Part shown: in pieces, positions 1 through 10,635 of the stretch
How positions within the stretch are numbered: position 1 is the first letter of the stretch
Layout of the letters: every line of letters begins with the position of its first letter
DNA from: Promethearchaeota archaeon
Lineage (GTDB): Archaea > Asgardarchaeota > Lokiarchaeia > Sigyniarchaeales > SOKP01
Direction of reading: 5' to 3'
Length of the DNA: 64,000 nucleotides
NCBI GenBank assembly: GCA_016840165.1
Contig: JAEOSU010000051.1
Coordinates: 128,001-192,000 of the forward strand
Notes under the pieces: model-generated
The model's database searches: none
What the model was told of the DNA's origin: nothing
What the model saw: only the letters and a program-made list of their open reading frames with translations
Translations under genes and position numbers: made by a program

Positions 1-140
1 AAATCCGCAGCGGATCGTACAGTATCTCCCGATAAAACTCCTAACCCTCCACTATATGTAGGAATATTAGAATCCATCCCTATTTCCATTGAAATATACG
101 CTACAGAGGTGTTATTCTTAAATTCATCACTAATTTCCAT
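1..140 (-). CDS. glgP: Alpha-glucan (glycogen/maltodextrin) phosphorylase, 5' fragment running off the window edge
   Basis: Not in the ORF track. Manual translation from ATG at 140 gives [46 protein letters not shown], the VAY-SME...P-YSGGLG-L-GD signature of GT35 phosphorylases. Confidence 0.9.
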   Translation of the reverse strand, partial: MEISDEFKNNTSVAYISMEIGMDSNIPTYSGGLGVLSGDTVRSAAD

Positions 141-228
141 AATAATATCCTCAATTAAATATCAAGAAAATACTAACTTGAATTATTATATATAAAGTCT
201 AAATTCATATTTTAAAATCTTATGTGAA

Positions 229-882
229 TTAAATGTTAAGATCTTTATTCGTCAAAATCTCTACTGAGATATTTGAATTCTTTTTATGAAGTATTTTTTC
301 ATACTCATCAAGTTCCACATCCCAATTATGCATTGGAATCACTATTCTCGGATTAATATCAACTGCTGCATCGGTAGATTCCTCAAAATCCATCGTATAT
401 GTCCCACCGCAAGGTAACATCGCCACATCAATCTCTTTTAAAGCTAATTTTTTCATCTCAGGGATTCTTTCACTATCTCCTGCATGATATATTTTTTTTC
501 CATCCGCCTCTAACAAAATACCTGCCCAATTTCGCTCTTTAGGATGAAATGGTTGATTTTTGCTCCTCATTCGTTTTATATTATAAGCAGGAAATAATTC
601 AATAGTAACATTTTCGATTTCATATGGTTCATATAGGGAAAGACCTTTCCCGTCAAATTTCTCTAATTTTGAAGAAATACTTTTAGGACCTAATAGAACA
701 GTTGATTCTTTACTAATCTTAGAAATTGAATCCTCGTCAAAATGATCGCCATGTTCATGGCTACATATGATAATATCTGCTTTCTCTTCTTCTTTTGATA
801 ATTGGTAGGGATCTAAATAGATTATTTTTTTGTCTTCAGTTTCAATTTTAAAAGCAGCATGTTTTAGCCAACTAATTTTCAT
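229..882 (-). CDS. MBL-fold metallo-hydrolase (UlaG/Lactamase_B_3-like)
   Basis: DPY, SHEHGDH metal motif, IYHAGDS and PMH motifs. Confidence 0.9.
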   Translation of the reverse strand: MKISWLKHAAFKIETEDKKIIYLDPYQLSKEEEKADIIICSHEHGDHFDEDSISKISKESTVLLGPKSISSKLEKFDGKGLSLYEPYEIENVTIELFPAYNIKRMRSKNQPFHPKERNWAGILLEADGKKIYHAGDSERIPEMKKLALKEIDVAMLPCGGTYTMDFEESTDAAVDINPRIVIPMHNWDVELDEYEKILHKKNSNISVEILTNKDLNI

Positions 883-988
883 AAATTTTCCACCTTAATT
901 ATTGCTCTTGATTTAAAAGACTCTTTTGAATTTTTTAATAATATATTTAATTTAAAAATATGCTCACTAGATTTAGAATGATAATTAA

Positions 989-1360
989 TCAGTCCTTAGG
1001 CTCTAAATCCAGCTCTGGTTTCTTAAGCTCTACCTTCTTTAAAATATTAAATTTATCTAAATGATTTAAGCTATAATGATCCAGTTTTTCCAAGAGGGTA
1101 TTATTTTGAAACCTCCTCTTGATGATTGTATTTGGTTTAGGTAACGATCTCGTAAATATCGGTTGGGGAAATTTTTTTCTATTCATTAAATTATTTTCAA
1201 ATTCATTTTTGAGAGTTAAATGCTTTTTGAAGGAGGGATTCTCAGCTTTCAAATAATTAGTGAAATCTTTTCTTAAATTAGCTGAAATGGGAGGGATGCT
1301 TACTCTATCAATACGACATGTTGGGCATTCGCTTTCTTCAAATCCATGAATACATCGCAT
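989..1360 (-). CDS. Hypothetical protein with N-terminal Cys/His motif (CIHG-x5-CPTC), putative Zn binding
   Basis: 123-aa ORF filling the intergenic gap; N-terminal Cys/His cluster. Confidence 0.6.
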   Translation of the reverse strand: MRCIHGFEESECPTCRIDRVSIPPISANLRKDFTNYLKAENPSFKKHLTLKNEFENNLMNRKKFPQPIFTRSLPKPNTIIKRRFQNNTLLEKLDHYSLNHLDKFNILKKVELKKPELDLEPKD

Positions 1361-1436
1361 ACAAATTCACACTTTTTTTTAACGTTTCTGAGTTCTTTAA
1401 ATTAATTTTATTTTATATTTTTTTTTATTATTATTT

Positions 1437-2555
1437 ATGAATAAATTTCTTTCCGAAATTAAATCACAACCTCAAGCACTCCAAGATACCTTTAATTATA
1501 TCCTCAATGAAGGAAAAAAACAATTCTTAATCATTAAGGATTTCATTAAAAAAGGAGGGATCACGAAATTAATTTTTACGGGTATGGGTTCTAGTTATAT
1601 TAGTTGCTACTTACCATATTATATTCTTAACCAATATGGTATTGCTGTGGAGATGCGCGAAGCAGGAGAATTCTTATTCAATACCTTTCCAATAACAAAG
1701 CAAAATTGTTTTTCAGATACAGGAATCATATTTATTTCACAATCAGGTGAATCAGGAGAAATAAGAGAGCTCTTAAGGAAAGTCAATTCCATCCCTATAG
1801 ATGATAAACCATTGACCATTGGAATCACTAACAATCCTGATAGTTATTTAGCTTATATGACGGAATTACAAATTTTATTGAATTTTGATGATGAGGTTTC
1901 TGTTACCTCGAAAAGTTATGTTTGCACTTTATTGATCCTTTATGTCATGGCAAAAACTATCATCGGTGAATTTTTCATGGATGAGAAGGAATCAGAAAAA
2001 GTGAAGGATTTAATAAAAGAATTAGAAAAATTATTCATGAATGAGGATGAAATCGCTCAAATATGGGAAGACCTATTTACAAAATTCGGTTATGAGTTTG
2101 ATTTTCTAGAAATATTAGCAAGAGGCGCCTCTCTCACCACGGCGCATCAAGCTGCCTTGAATTTTAAAGAAATAGTTAAGAGTTATTCCGAAGCTAATTC
2201 TATCTCCTCTTTTAGGCATGGGGGTATTGAATGCCTTAATGATAAAACTCAATTACTCCTTCTAACGTCAGATCCTAAGAATTTAAAGCTCAATGTAAAA
2301 TTTATAGAAAATTTAATGACGAACTGGAAATGTGGAAAAGTGTTACACTTAACAAATCAAAATTTCGATAATAAAATAGACAAATTACATAAAGATCCAA
2401 AATTAATTTTATATCGACATCAGATTACCGACCCTTTCTTAGCTCCAATCATGGAAATTGCAATCATTCAATTACTTTTTTATAGAATAGCCGAAAAGAA
2501 AGGGTTAGACCCTGGTCTCTTTCAGTTTTCCAAAAAAGTAACAGATGATATTTAA
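1437..2555 (+). CDS. SIS-domain sugar isomerase/deaminase (GlmS C-terminal/FrlB-like, no glutaminase domain)
   Basis: EIKSQP, TGMGSS, ISQSGESGE, ITNNPDS, TSKSY, FRHG and KKVT motifs; two SIS domains. Confidence 0.88.
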   Translation: MNKFLSEIKSQPQALQDTFNYILNEGKKQFLIIKDFIKKGGITKLIFTGMGSSYISCYLPYYILNQYGIAVEMREAGEFLFNTFPITKQNCFSDTGIIFISQSGESGEIRELLRKVNSIPIDDKPLTIGITNNPDSYLAYMTELQILLNFDDEVSVTSKSYVCTLLILYVMAKTIIGEFFMDEKESEKVKDLIKELEKLFMNEDEIAQIWEDLFTKFGYEFDFLEILARGASLTTAHQAALNFKEIVKSYSEANSISSFRHGGIECLNDKTQLLLLTSDPKNLKLNVKFIENLMTNWKCGKVLHLTNQNFDNKIDKLHKDPKLILYRHQITDPFLAPIMEIAIIQLLFYRIAEKKGLDPGLFQFSKKVTDDI

Positions 2556-2717
2556 AAAATCTTTTTTGTCCAAAATCTTTAGCTATTTCTAATTAAACGT
2601 TAAAGAAAGACAGAAGAAAATTCATTAATATAACATTTATAAAGTAAAACTAATTTTCTTTATTGTTTGCATAACAATATTAAAATCATAATAATAAACG
2701 AGTAATTAAAAATAAAA

Positions 2718-4496
2718 GTGAATAAAATGGCAAAATGGCATTTAGATGAAAATAAAGCATGGTTCAAAAAGTGGTGGCCTGAAATTGCACCCAAAAACAT
2801 TGACTTTCCCGAGATTTCTCTAGGAGAATTCTTTGAAGAACAGAGGAAAAAATATGCTGCTGATAATATAATGTGGTTTTTAGAATCATGGATGACTTAC
2901 GAAGAAGCTGGTAAAGCAATGGATTCGTTTGCAACTGCCTTACATAATCTTGGAATAAAGCAAGGTGATGTCGTTGCTTTGCTTTTACCAAATAGTTTTC
3001 AATATGTGATAGCATTTTATGCTGCTGCGAAAATTGGAGCGATCCCTACCGGAATAAATACAACATATAAGCCGTTGGAAGTACTCCACCACCTTGAAAT
3101 TACTGAAGCAAAATCATTAATCGTATTAGATGCATTATATGGTGAATCAGTAAAACCTATTGTTGATAAAACAGATCTTGAATTAGTAATTTATACTAAT
3201 GTTGCTGATCTTGCATCTGGACTTTCAGGAGCCATAAAGTTTATTGGAAGACTGATCGGAAAGATTCCCAAAGGAAAAGTTGATTTTAAACCATCATATA
3301 AGTTCTTAGAGTTATTAGAAACCGAACCAAATCTTCCGCAAGTAAAGTTTGACCCAACTACACATCCGGCAACATATATTATGACGGGAGGAACGACTGG
3401 GGTCCCAAAAGCAACCGTTTTAACCCATTTCAATCTTGTGTCCAATGTAAAACAATGTGTTGCTATACTTGGGGGAGAGCAACCTGGTTTGGGCGATATT
3501 GGCGCCTTACCATTATTTCATTCATTCGCAATGACTGCTGTTATGAATGTTGGCATTGGAATGGGAGGTTGGATGATGCTATTTCCACGTCCACCCCCAA
3601 CTGAAGAATTTCTAAAAGACATAAATGAAATTGATGCTCCGAAAGGTTTTGCATATACTGGAGCAGAAATCTTATTTAAGCGAATTGCTGATTTCCCTCA
3701 TTTAGAAAAGTTTCCAGGTATAATGGGTAAACTCAAGCTCAATATTTCTGGAGCTGGTCCGTTACATGCGCCTGTTAGGGATGCATTTGAGAAAAATACT
3801 GGTGGTAGGATTGTGGAGGGTTATGGTCTTTCGGAGGCTACTCCTGTTGTAAGTGCTGGAAACTTATTTGGTGAAAGTCCTATTGGTACTATTGGTATGC
3901 CCTTACCAGGAACAGATTGGGGAATCTGGGATGCTGCTGCTCCAACTTTGGATGCTGGTCCAATTGCTATTGGATTGCCCGGATCAAAATATGGTGAGGA
4001 ACATTCGGGAGAATTATGTGTTTACGGACCGCAAGTAATGAAAGCATACTTGAATCAACCTGAAGAAACCGCAGAAACCTTGCAAAAATGGGATGGTCGA
4101 ATCTGGTTAAGAACGGGTGATATTGGATTTATGAACGAAGATGGCACAGTTGCTCTAAGAGACCGTAAAAAACAACTTATAAAAGTAGCTGGTCACTCTG
4201 TCTTTCCTACAGAGGTAGAAACTATGTTGATGAAGAATGAAGCAGTTAGTGAAGCCGCTGTAGCTGGATTACCGGATCCAGAAGGTAAAGTTGGAGAAAT
4301 TACAAAGGCATGGGTTACTCTTAAACCAGAATATAAAGGTAAAATCACTGAAGAAGAATTAAAAGCTTGGACTGAAGAGAATATGACCAGATGGAAATGT
4401 CCCGCTTTAATTGAGTTCATTGATGAAGTTCCGAAAAATGTACTTGGTAAAGTACAACGTAGAATCTTGCAAGAGGCAGATCCTCTTTACAAATAG
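2718..4496 (+). CDS. fadD: Long-chain fatty-acid--CoA ligase (AMP-binding); start may be ATG 2727
   Basis: TGGTTGVPK P-loop, EGYGLSE, RTGDIG, DRKKQLIK and PKNVLGK motifs. Confidence 0.92.
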   Translation: MNKMAKWHLDENKAWFKKWWPEIAPKNIDFPEISLGEFFEEQRKKYAADNIMWFLESWMTYEEAGKAMDSFATALHNLGIKQGDVVALLLPNSFQYVIAFYAAAKIGAIPTGINTTYKPLEVLHHLEITEAKSLIVLDALYGESVKPIVDKTDLELVIYTNVADLASGLSGAIKFIGRLIGKIPKGKVDFKPSYKFLELLETEPNLPQVKFDPTTHPATYIMTGGTTGVPKATVLTHFNLVSNVKQCVAILGGEQPGLGDIGALPLFHSFAMTAVMNVGIGMGGWMMLFPRPPPTEEFLKDINEIDAPKGFAYTGAEILFKRIADFPHLEKFPGIMGKLKLNISGAGPLHAPVRDAFEKNTGGRIVEGYGLSEATPVVSAGNLFGESPIGTIGMPLPGTDWGIWDAAAPTLDAGPIAIGLPGSKYGEEHSGELCVYGPQVMKAYLNQPEETAETLQKWDGRIWLRTGDIGFMNEDGTVALRDRKKQLIKVAGHSVFPTEVETMLMKNEAVSEAAVAGLPDPEGKVGEITKAWVTLKPEYKGKITEEELKAWTEENMTRWKCPALIEFIDEVPKNVLGKVQRRILQEADPLYK

Positions 4497-4660
4497 TAAT
4501 TTTTTTTCCTAATTTTTCTTTTCTAAATTTACTTCCTAACTTTTTTTAAAAAGCATTATTTAGATTTTATCGGCATTGAATTAGAATCTTTTATTGAAAG
4601 CTAAATTTTTTATAATAAGTACTAATTTGATTATTGTATTGACTTTTGAGCAGACTTAAA

Positions 4661-5797
4661 ATGACTAAGGGAATTATATTGTCAGGTGGTTACGGGACGC
4701 GTCTTAGACCACTTTCGTGTTCAATACCGAAATCACTCATGCCAGTGGTAAATAAACCGGTTATTGAACGACAGATAATGCTATTAAAAGCTGCTGGTGT
4801 AAATGAGATTGTTCTTGCTGTCAGTGTAATGTCGGATGTAGTAAAGCATTACTTTGGTGATGGAAAACGATTGAATATAAAGATACACTATACTAACGAA
4901 AAGTATCCTATGGGAACTGCAGGAGCGATTAGATTAGCACAGGAATATTTAAAAGATGATAATTTTTTCATGCTAAACGGAGATGTTATAATGGATTTTA
5001 AGTTTAGTGATATGTTGAAGCACCATCAAAAATGTGGTGGAATTGGTACTATCGCAAGTAGGGTTGTTGAAGATCCCTCGCGATATGGAGTTTTAATCGT
5101 TGATGACCAAACTCATCAATTACATAAGTTTCTTGAAAAGGAAGAATATCATCCTCCCGCAGGAAAAATTAAACCAATGCCAATAAATGCGGGGGTTTAT
5201 ATTCTTGAACCGGATATTTTCTCATATATTCAGCCTAAAAAAAAAGTATCCATTGAAAGAGAGGTATTTCCGCATGTAGCGGATGATGGTAAATTGTTTA
5301 ACTATTCCATATCTGGTATTTGGAAAGATATTGGAAAACCACTAGATTTACTTGAAGCAAATATCCTTTTAATGACTGATATTATTGATTCTTTAGAGGG
5401 AGAAGTGAAGAATCTAATTGATGATTCTGTTAATATTGATCCAACCACTAACATCCATTCCCCATGTACCATCGGGAAAAATGTAATAATTCGGAAGAAT
5501 TGTACTATAGGACCCAATGTTATAATTGGAGATGATGTATACATAGATGAAAATACAAAAATTAACGATTCAATGATATATAACGAATCTTATATCTCTA
5601 AGAATGTATCAATTAATAACGCTATCATATCTGATAACTGTCTCATTGAGAAAAATGTCCAACTAACTGGAACTGACGAAAATCTAATAATTTTAGCTTC
5701 ATTCGTAAAAGTTAATAAAGATGTTAAGCTCCTTTCTAAAAATAATCAATCAATTTCATATTGTCATCATGAAGTAGTTAAAGAAAGTGTAAATTAG
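4661..5797 (+). CDS. NDP-sugar synthase, mannose-1-phosphate guanylyltransferase-like, with left-handed beta-helix
   Basis: LSGGYGTRLRPLS..PK, E.PMGTAGA, NGD, INAGVY, WKDIGKP and hexapeptide repeats. ATG 4661 preferred over TTG 4646. Confidence 0.88.
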   Translation: MTKGIILSGGYGTRLRPLSCSIPKSLMPVVNKPVIERQIMLLKAAGVNEIVLAVSVMSDVVKHYFGDGKRLNIKIHYTNEKYPMGTAGAIRLAQEYLKDDNFFMLNGDVIMDFKFSDMLKHHQKCGGIGTIASRVVEDPSRYGVLIVDDQTHQLHKFLEKEEYHPPAGKIKPMPINAGVYILEPDIFSYIQPKKKVSIEREVFPHVADDGKLFNYSISGIWKDIGKPLDLLEANILLMTDIIDSLEGEVKNLIDDSVNIDPTTNIHSPCTIGKNVIIRKNCTIGPNVIIGDDVYIDENTKINDSMIYNESYISKNVSINNAIISDNCLIEKNVQLTGTDENLIILASFVKVNKDVKLLSKNNQSISYCHHEVVKESVN

Positions 5798-5815
5798 AAA
5801 AAAAGGAAAATGTAA

Positions 5816-7039
5816 TTGCCAATAATAACTCCTCAGGATATCGCCCATAATTTTTTAAATAAGAAAATATCAAAAAACGAAGCGCTTAAAAGTTTAGAAT
5901 TATTAATCAATGAAAGTTTTGCGCCCGAAGTTCGAGCTGATACTATAAACATTCTTGAACATCTTGCTATTTTTAATCAATCGGTTTATGATCTTTTGGA
6001 AAAATGTTTAATTACAGATGAATCAGATCTCGTAAGATTTACTGCAGCAAGAGTATTAATACAGAATTTCGAAATTTCTGAGGATACTCCCCTATTTTAC
6101 GCTTTAGAAAATGAGCAATCGATTTTTTTTCTTAGGAACTTATTACAGGTCAACCTTAATTCAGAAACTCTTCAAAAACTCCAAACTTTAATTAAAAAAA
6201 AAATTTCTAATTTTTACAATCTTAATCCTGCAGATGCTCAATTCATATTAGATATTGAATACTTGGACTATCTCAAATTTAAAAAAAATTTTAATGAATT
6301 CATTAATAAATTTGATATCCAAGAGAATGAGAAACAAGAATATTTACGAGAAAAGGCAAGATTGGGCTATAAGGGATTAGGAAGAGTGATTAAGAGTGAA
6401 AATGGTTTCATAACTGGATTAAAGTTACATGATTTCGACAAAATACCCAATTCTATCAAAAATTTAAAAAATTTGGAATACTTGGAAATTAAACGATCAA
6501 ATTTGAGCAATTTAGACGAAAACTATGATAATTTACTTAATTTGAAATACTTAATTTTGAGTAATAATAAGTTGGATAAAGTGCACAATTGGATATATGA
6601 GTTTGCACAAAATAGGGATTATGCTGCTAAATACATCAAAAATGGCGTCTCTTATTCTGAAGCTATTATATTAGGATTGCTAGAACTCCTTTTAGGACAA
6701 GCACTTGTAAAATTAGATCAAAATGAATCGTTTAATCAGTCTTTATTATACTACTTTAAAATGAATCAGAATGGTAATCTTATTGGAATCAATATCTCTT
6801 CAGACTTAAATAAAATTGGAATTTTTCCGGAAACGATTTGTTCATTAGTATATCTAAAAGAATTATATTTGCCCAATCAAAACATTAGAATGATTCCGTC
6901 TTGTATTTCTAAATTACAATATTTAGAAACTCTTGATTTAAGTTATAATGAATTAGTTGAACTTCCATCAACAATTAATGATTTAAAGAATCTAAAATAT
7001 TTAAGATTAGAAGGAAATGATATAAAAACTAATAATTAA
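5816..7039 (+). CDS. HEAT-like N-terminus plus two leucine-rich-repeat blocks
   Basis: HEAT-like DESDLVRFTAARVL; LRRs such as LKNLEYLEIKRSNL, LQYLETLDLSYNELVELP and LKNLKYLRLEGNDI. Confidence 0.8.
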   Translation: MPIITPQDIAHNFLNKKISKNEALKSLELLINESFAPEVRADTINILEHLAIFNQSVYDLLEKCLITDESDLVRFTAARVLIQNFEISEDTPLFYALENEQSIFFLRNLLQVNLNSETLQKLQTLIKKKISNFYNLNPADAQFILDIEYLDYLKFKKNFNEFINKFDIQENEKQEYLREKARLGYKGLGRVIKSENGFITGLKLHDFDKIPNSIKNLKNLEYLEIKRSNLSNLDENYDNLLNLKYLILSNNKLDKVHNWIYEFAQNRDYAAKYIKNGVSYSEAIILGLLELLLGQALVKLDQNESFNQSLLYYFKMNQNGNLIGINISSDLNKIGIFPETICSLVYLKELYLPNQNIRMIPSCISKLQYLETLDLSYNELVELPSTINDLKNLKYLRLEGNDIKTNN

Positions 7040-7058
7040 AAAAATCTTAATCATTATT

Positions 7059-7337
7059 ATGGAAAATCTAAAAGAACTAAGCTTAAAAATATACGGGGCA
7101 ATGTTCGAGAATAAGAAAAAAGTCGAACTTGAAGAGCATGAGTATTCTTTTCAGAAATTTTCGAGTGGAGTAAAATATCTAGATTATTTTGGCTATAGAT
7201 TTATCGAGCAAAATCGTCACAAGAAATCAGAATGGGGCAAGAAAGCAAGAGAAGGTCATAAGATTATGTGGGTTATCAAAGGGAGAAGATATCTTTCCCA
7301 GATCTTTGATGGAAAATACAAAGAACTAAAGAAATAG
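7059..7337 (+). CDS. Small conserved-looking hypothetical protein
   Basis: 92-aa ORF co-oriented 19 bp after the LRR gene; IEQN..K.S.W...AREGHKIMW motif. Confidence 0.7.
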   Translation: MENLKELSLKIYGAMFENKKKVELEEHEYSFQKFSSGVKYLDYFGYRFIEQNRHKKSEWGKKAREGHKIMWVIKGRRYLSQIFDGKYKELKK

Positions 7338-7346
7338 AATTTAAAC

Positions 7347-8477
7347 TTACTTGTTCCCCCTTAACTGTAACTTTTTTTGCCCTATTTTCTTATAAAGATC
7401 ATCCATCGTTAAAGGAGGATCAATTTTCTCTTCTTTACTTTTCAGTTTTATCGCATTTTCTTGGCAAACTAAAACACAACTTCCACATCCTATGCACCGC
7501 TTCGAATTTACCTTAGCAATTTCTTTTACCAATTTAATAGCATCTATTTGACATCGATCAATACATTCTCCACATCCATTACATAATTCACGATCGATCT
7601 CGGCAAGATAATTAGTGGATACAAAATCAACTGGACGTGGAAATCGTTTCAATCCTGCTAAAGAAACACAACAACATCCACAACAACTACAGAAAAAATG
7701 AGGATTTAATGAATTTGCCGCTTGAAGAACTAAACCTTCTTCTTCACTTTTTCTTAAGATTTCCAGTGCTTCATTCTTATTTATCTGACGCCCTTTTCCT
7801 TGATCTATATATATTTGGGCTAAGTGTCCAAAACCAAGATGAGTTTCACGTCTGTCTGTCATTTTACATGGGCGGTTTAACAAATCAGTAGCCTGACGAC
7901 ATAAGCAGTTAGCAACCATAATAGGTTCTTCAGCATTTTTAATCACCTCTCTTGCATAATCATAGGATGGTAATACATTATCGATTTCAATGCTTTCTTC
8001 TACTGGAACCGTACGAAATTGTGGAATTTTAGTTCCATATGATTCCATACCAAAAGCTTCTACCATATACTTTACCGCAGTTTTAAGAAAATCTTTTGAG
8101 AGATTATCTACTTGCAATTCATACATCCCATACATGAATTGAGAATTAGCATAATATTTCTGTTTTCCTTCCTTTTTAGAATGAATCGTACCCTTATGCG
8201 TCATATGATCTAATATTTCTTCTAATTCTTGCTTTGACAATTTGATATCTTTAATACGTTCGTATATAGTTTCCAAAGATTCAAGATTCTCAGACCAAGT
8301 AAAATTTAATTTTGTTGCGATTTTTGCCTCTAAGGGAGTAAATAGGTATTTTAAAACCTCAATTTCAACACCAGACTTAGTTACGGGAAAACCTATCGGA
8401 AAACTGTCGAAATGTTGTTGTAACTTCCTATAGACCTCGAAATCATTCTGTGTCATATGGTTTTGATTATTTATCAT
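7347..8477 (-). CDS. 4Fe-4S dicluster domain protein (N-terminal winged helix, Cys-rich centre)
   Basis: CLCR, CSCCGCCC, CNGCGECIDRCQ and CIGCGSCVLVCQ motifs. Confidence 0.88.
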   Translation of the reverse strand: MINNQNHMTQNDFEVYRKLQQHFDSFPIGFPVTKSGVEIEVLKYLFTPLEAKIATKLNFTWSENLESLETIYERIKDIKLSKQELEEILDHMTHKGTIHSKKEGKQKYYANSQFMYGMYELQVDNLSKDFLKTAVKYMVEAFGMESYGTKIPQFRTVPVEESIEIDNVLPSYDYAREVIKNAEEPIMVANCLCRQATDLLNRPCKMTDRRETHLGFGHLAQIYIDQGKGRQINKNEALEILRKSEEEGLVLQAANSLNPHFFCSCCGCCCVSLAGLKRFPRPVDFVSTNYLAEIDRELCNGCGECIDRCQIDAIKLVKEIAKVNSKRCIGCGSCVLVCQENAIKLKSKEEKIDPPLTMDDLYKKIGQKKLQLRGNK

Positions 8478-8620
8478 TCATTAAAAAATTAATTAGATTT
8501 GCTTGTAAATAATTGCTATATCTATATTAAAATATTGGACTCCAAATAATTTATTATTATGATTATCGATATCAAATATAGGAAGTAGTTAAATACACCA
8601 TATTGAGTTGAGAAATTAAG

Positions 8621-8809
8621 ATGGAAGTGAAAATAGAACTAGATTTGGGTTATTATGAATTTCTAAAATTAGTTAACGTTATCAGTGTAAACAATAAGTC
8701 TATTCAAAATGAAAATGTGAATTTAACTTTTAAAAACTATGATTTAAATAGAATAAAATTTCATTTGGATAAAGAAATTGAAAAATTTAATAAAGCCTTA
8801 AGAAAATGA
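8621..8809 (+). CDS. Small hypothetical protein
   Basis: 62-aa ATG ORF in an otherwise empty gap; no motif. Confidence 0.4.
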   Translation: MEVKIELDLGYYEFLKLVNVISVNNKSIQNENVNLTFKNYDLNRIKFHLDKEIEKFNKALRK

Positions 8810-8877
8810 ATCTCAATTTTTAGATATTACTTTAGAACTTCTATCTTAGCGATTTTGCTGAATTTTGTTATAATTTT

Positions 8878-9468
8878 TTATTTTTTTTTTAATATCAATT
8901 CTAAATAAGACTCCCGGATTGAATCATATTTACTGTAGCCAAATAAGGAAAGAAAGTTGAATAGCAAATCTCTTTTTTCTTCAAGTTGTTCTATTGATTC
9001 TGCGATTAATTCAACCTCTAAAAAATAAGTCTTAAGAATAGGCAAGTAATCAATAAGGGCTTCAATTATATTATTTTTATATTCGAACTCATATAGCTCT
9101 CTTTCTTTTTTCACAGTAAAGATTTCACGAAAACCTAAAACAGAAAGGATTTCTTTTAGACTCTCAGCATCATCAAATACAACTTCAACTTCTTTGCGTG
9201 ATTTCGAAACTTTATCAACTTTTTTTCCTTTATAGGTAAAATAGCATATTGAAGATTTAGTTCTTTTCTTTTCCTCCTTACTAAATTCAATTGAATTACG
9301 AATTCTTAATGCTTCATCCGTAAATGCTAAATTACGTAAACCTTTAGGCATATTATAATATGTATCTTCATGAATTAGAGATAACTTATAGATTCCGCCT
9401 TGCTTTTCAAATTCTTGCCGCAATGAAGATGGATCTGAAATCTGAACTTTTACTTCTACTTCTATCAA
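8878..9468 (-). CDS. cyaB: CYTH-domain protein (class IV adenylate cyclase/triphosphatase)
   Basis: IEVEVK, DTYY, DEALRIR, TYKG, KSRKEVE, KERE and FLEVE motifs. TTG 9468 preferred as start because ExExK normally sits at the N-terminus; the ORF extends to 9495. Confidence 0.88.
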   Translation of the reverse strand: MIEVEVKVQISDPSSLRQEFEKQGGIYKLSLIHEDTYYNMPKGLRNLAFTDEALRIRNSIEFSKEEKKRTKSSICYFTYKGKKVDKVSKSRKEVEVVFDDAESLKEILSVLGFREIFTVKKERELYEFEYKNNIIEALIDYLPILKTYFLEVELIAESIEQLEEKRDLLFNFLSLFGYSKYDSIRESYLELILKKK

Positions 9469-9579
9469 GATAAGATTCTTTTTTATTGCTAACAATTATA
9501 ATTTAATATTTTATATAATTATTAATAAAATCGAATGAGCTGAGTGTAAATTTCTCAATATTCTGAGAATGTTCTGAAA

Positions 9580-10515
9580 TTGGCGAATAAATATGGATAC
9601 TTGCCTTATATGATTCATAGGTATATTCAATTTTTAGGACTAAAACAAACAGAGCAACTCTTAATCGCCAATGATAAACCTTTAAAACCATATATTCGGG
9701 TAAATACGTTAAAGATTAAACCACAAATACTAAAAGATAGGTTAGAAAAGAAAGGATTTCAATTAAAGCCAAGTAAGTGGTTTTCTTATTCATTCGAAGT
9801 ACATGAAGCTCCATTTAATCTTGGTGCAACTCATGAATTTCTTTTAGGATATTATTATTTGCAGAATTTAGCCTCAATGCTTCCTGCATCAATCTTAAAT
9901 CCTCAAAAGCATGATATTGTTATTGATATGTGTGCTGCTCCAGGAAGTAAAGCCACTCAACTAGCTCAGATTATGAGGAACCAAGGAAATTTAATTTTAA
10001 TTGAAAAGAATGCTCTTCGAATTCCTGCTTTAACAATTAATGTTCGAAGATTAGGGATTATTAACTCTACAATTTTAAATTTCGATGCTACTAAGTTAAG
10101 CAATTATGGAATAATGGGGGATAAAATTTTATTGGATGCTCCTTGTACTGGTGAGGGATTAGTAAGAGAAGATCCAACAAGGAAAAAAAGTAGAACTATC
10201 AATGATTTGAAAAGTTTAGCTAAAGTGCAAAAAAAATTATTAAAAGCAGGTTTGAATTCATTAAAAACTGAAGGTATGTTATTATATAGCACATGCTCCA
10301 TTGCGCCTGAGGAAAATGAATTGGTTGTTAATGATGTGTTGAAAGAGTTAGAGAATTTTGCTGTAGTAAAGATTTCTAACGCTTATGGTATACCAGGATT
10401 GATTCAAGTTTATGGGAAATCTTTAAGAGAAGATTTAAAGTTTTCAAATCGGCTTTATCCTCACATCCATGATACTATTGGGTTTTATTTATGTCTTATT
10501 AAAAGAATAGAATAG
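9580..10515 (+). CDS. NOL1/NOP2/Sun (RsmB/F) RNA m5C methyltransferase
   Basis: RVNTLK, DMCAAPGSK, LLDAPCTG, YSTCS..PEENE and PH.HDT.GF motifs. Confidence 0.93.
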   Translation: MANKYGYLPYMIHRYIQFLGLKQTEQLLIANDKPLKPYIRVNTLKIKPQILKDRLEKKGFQLKPSKWFSYSFEVHEAPFNLGATHEFLLGYYYLQNLASMLPASILNPQKHDIVIDMCAAPGSKATQLAQIMRNQGNLILIEKNALRIPALTINVRRLGIINSTILNFDATKLSNYGIMGDKILLDAPCTGEGLVREDPTRKKSRTINDLKSLAKVQKKLLKAGLNSLKTEGMLLYSTCSIAPEENELVVNDVLKELENFAVVKISNAYGIPGLIQVYGKSLREDLKFSNRLYPHIHDTIGFYLCLIKRIE

Positions 10516-10635
10516 AATTTTCTAACAAAGAAGATTTAAATCTATAAAACTTAATAAATTATTATTGGAATTAGGTTATTGGATAATATATAAATCGATT
10601 TCTTCAAAACTTAAATAGACATAGATTCTTCTAAA

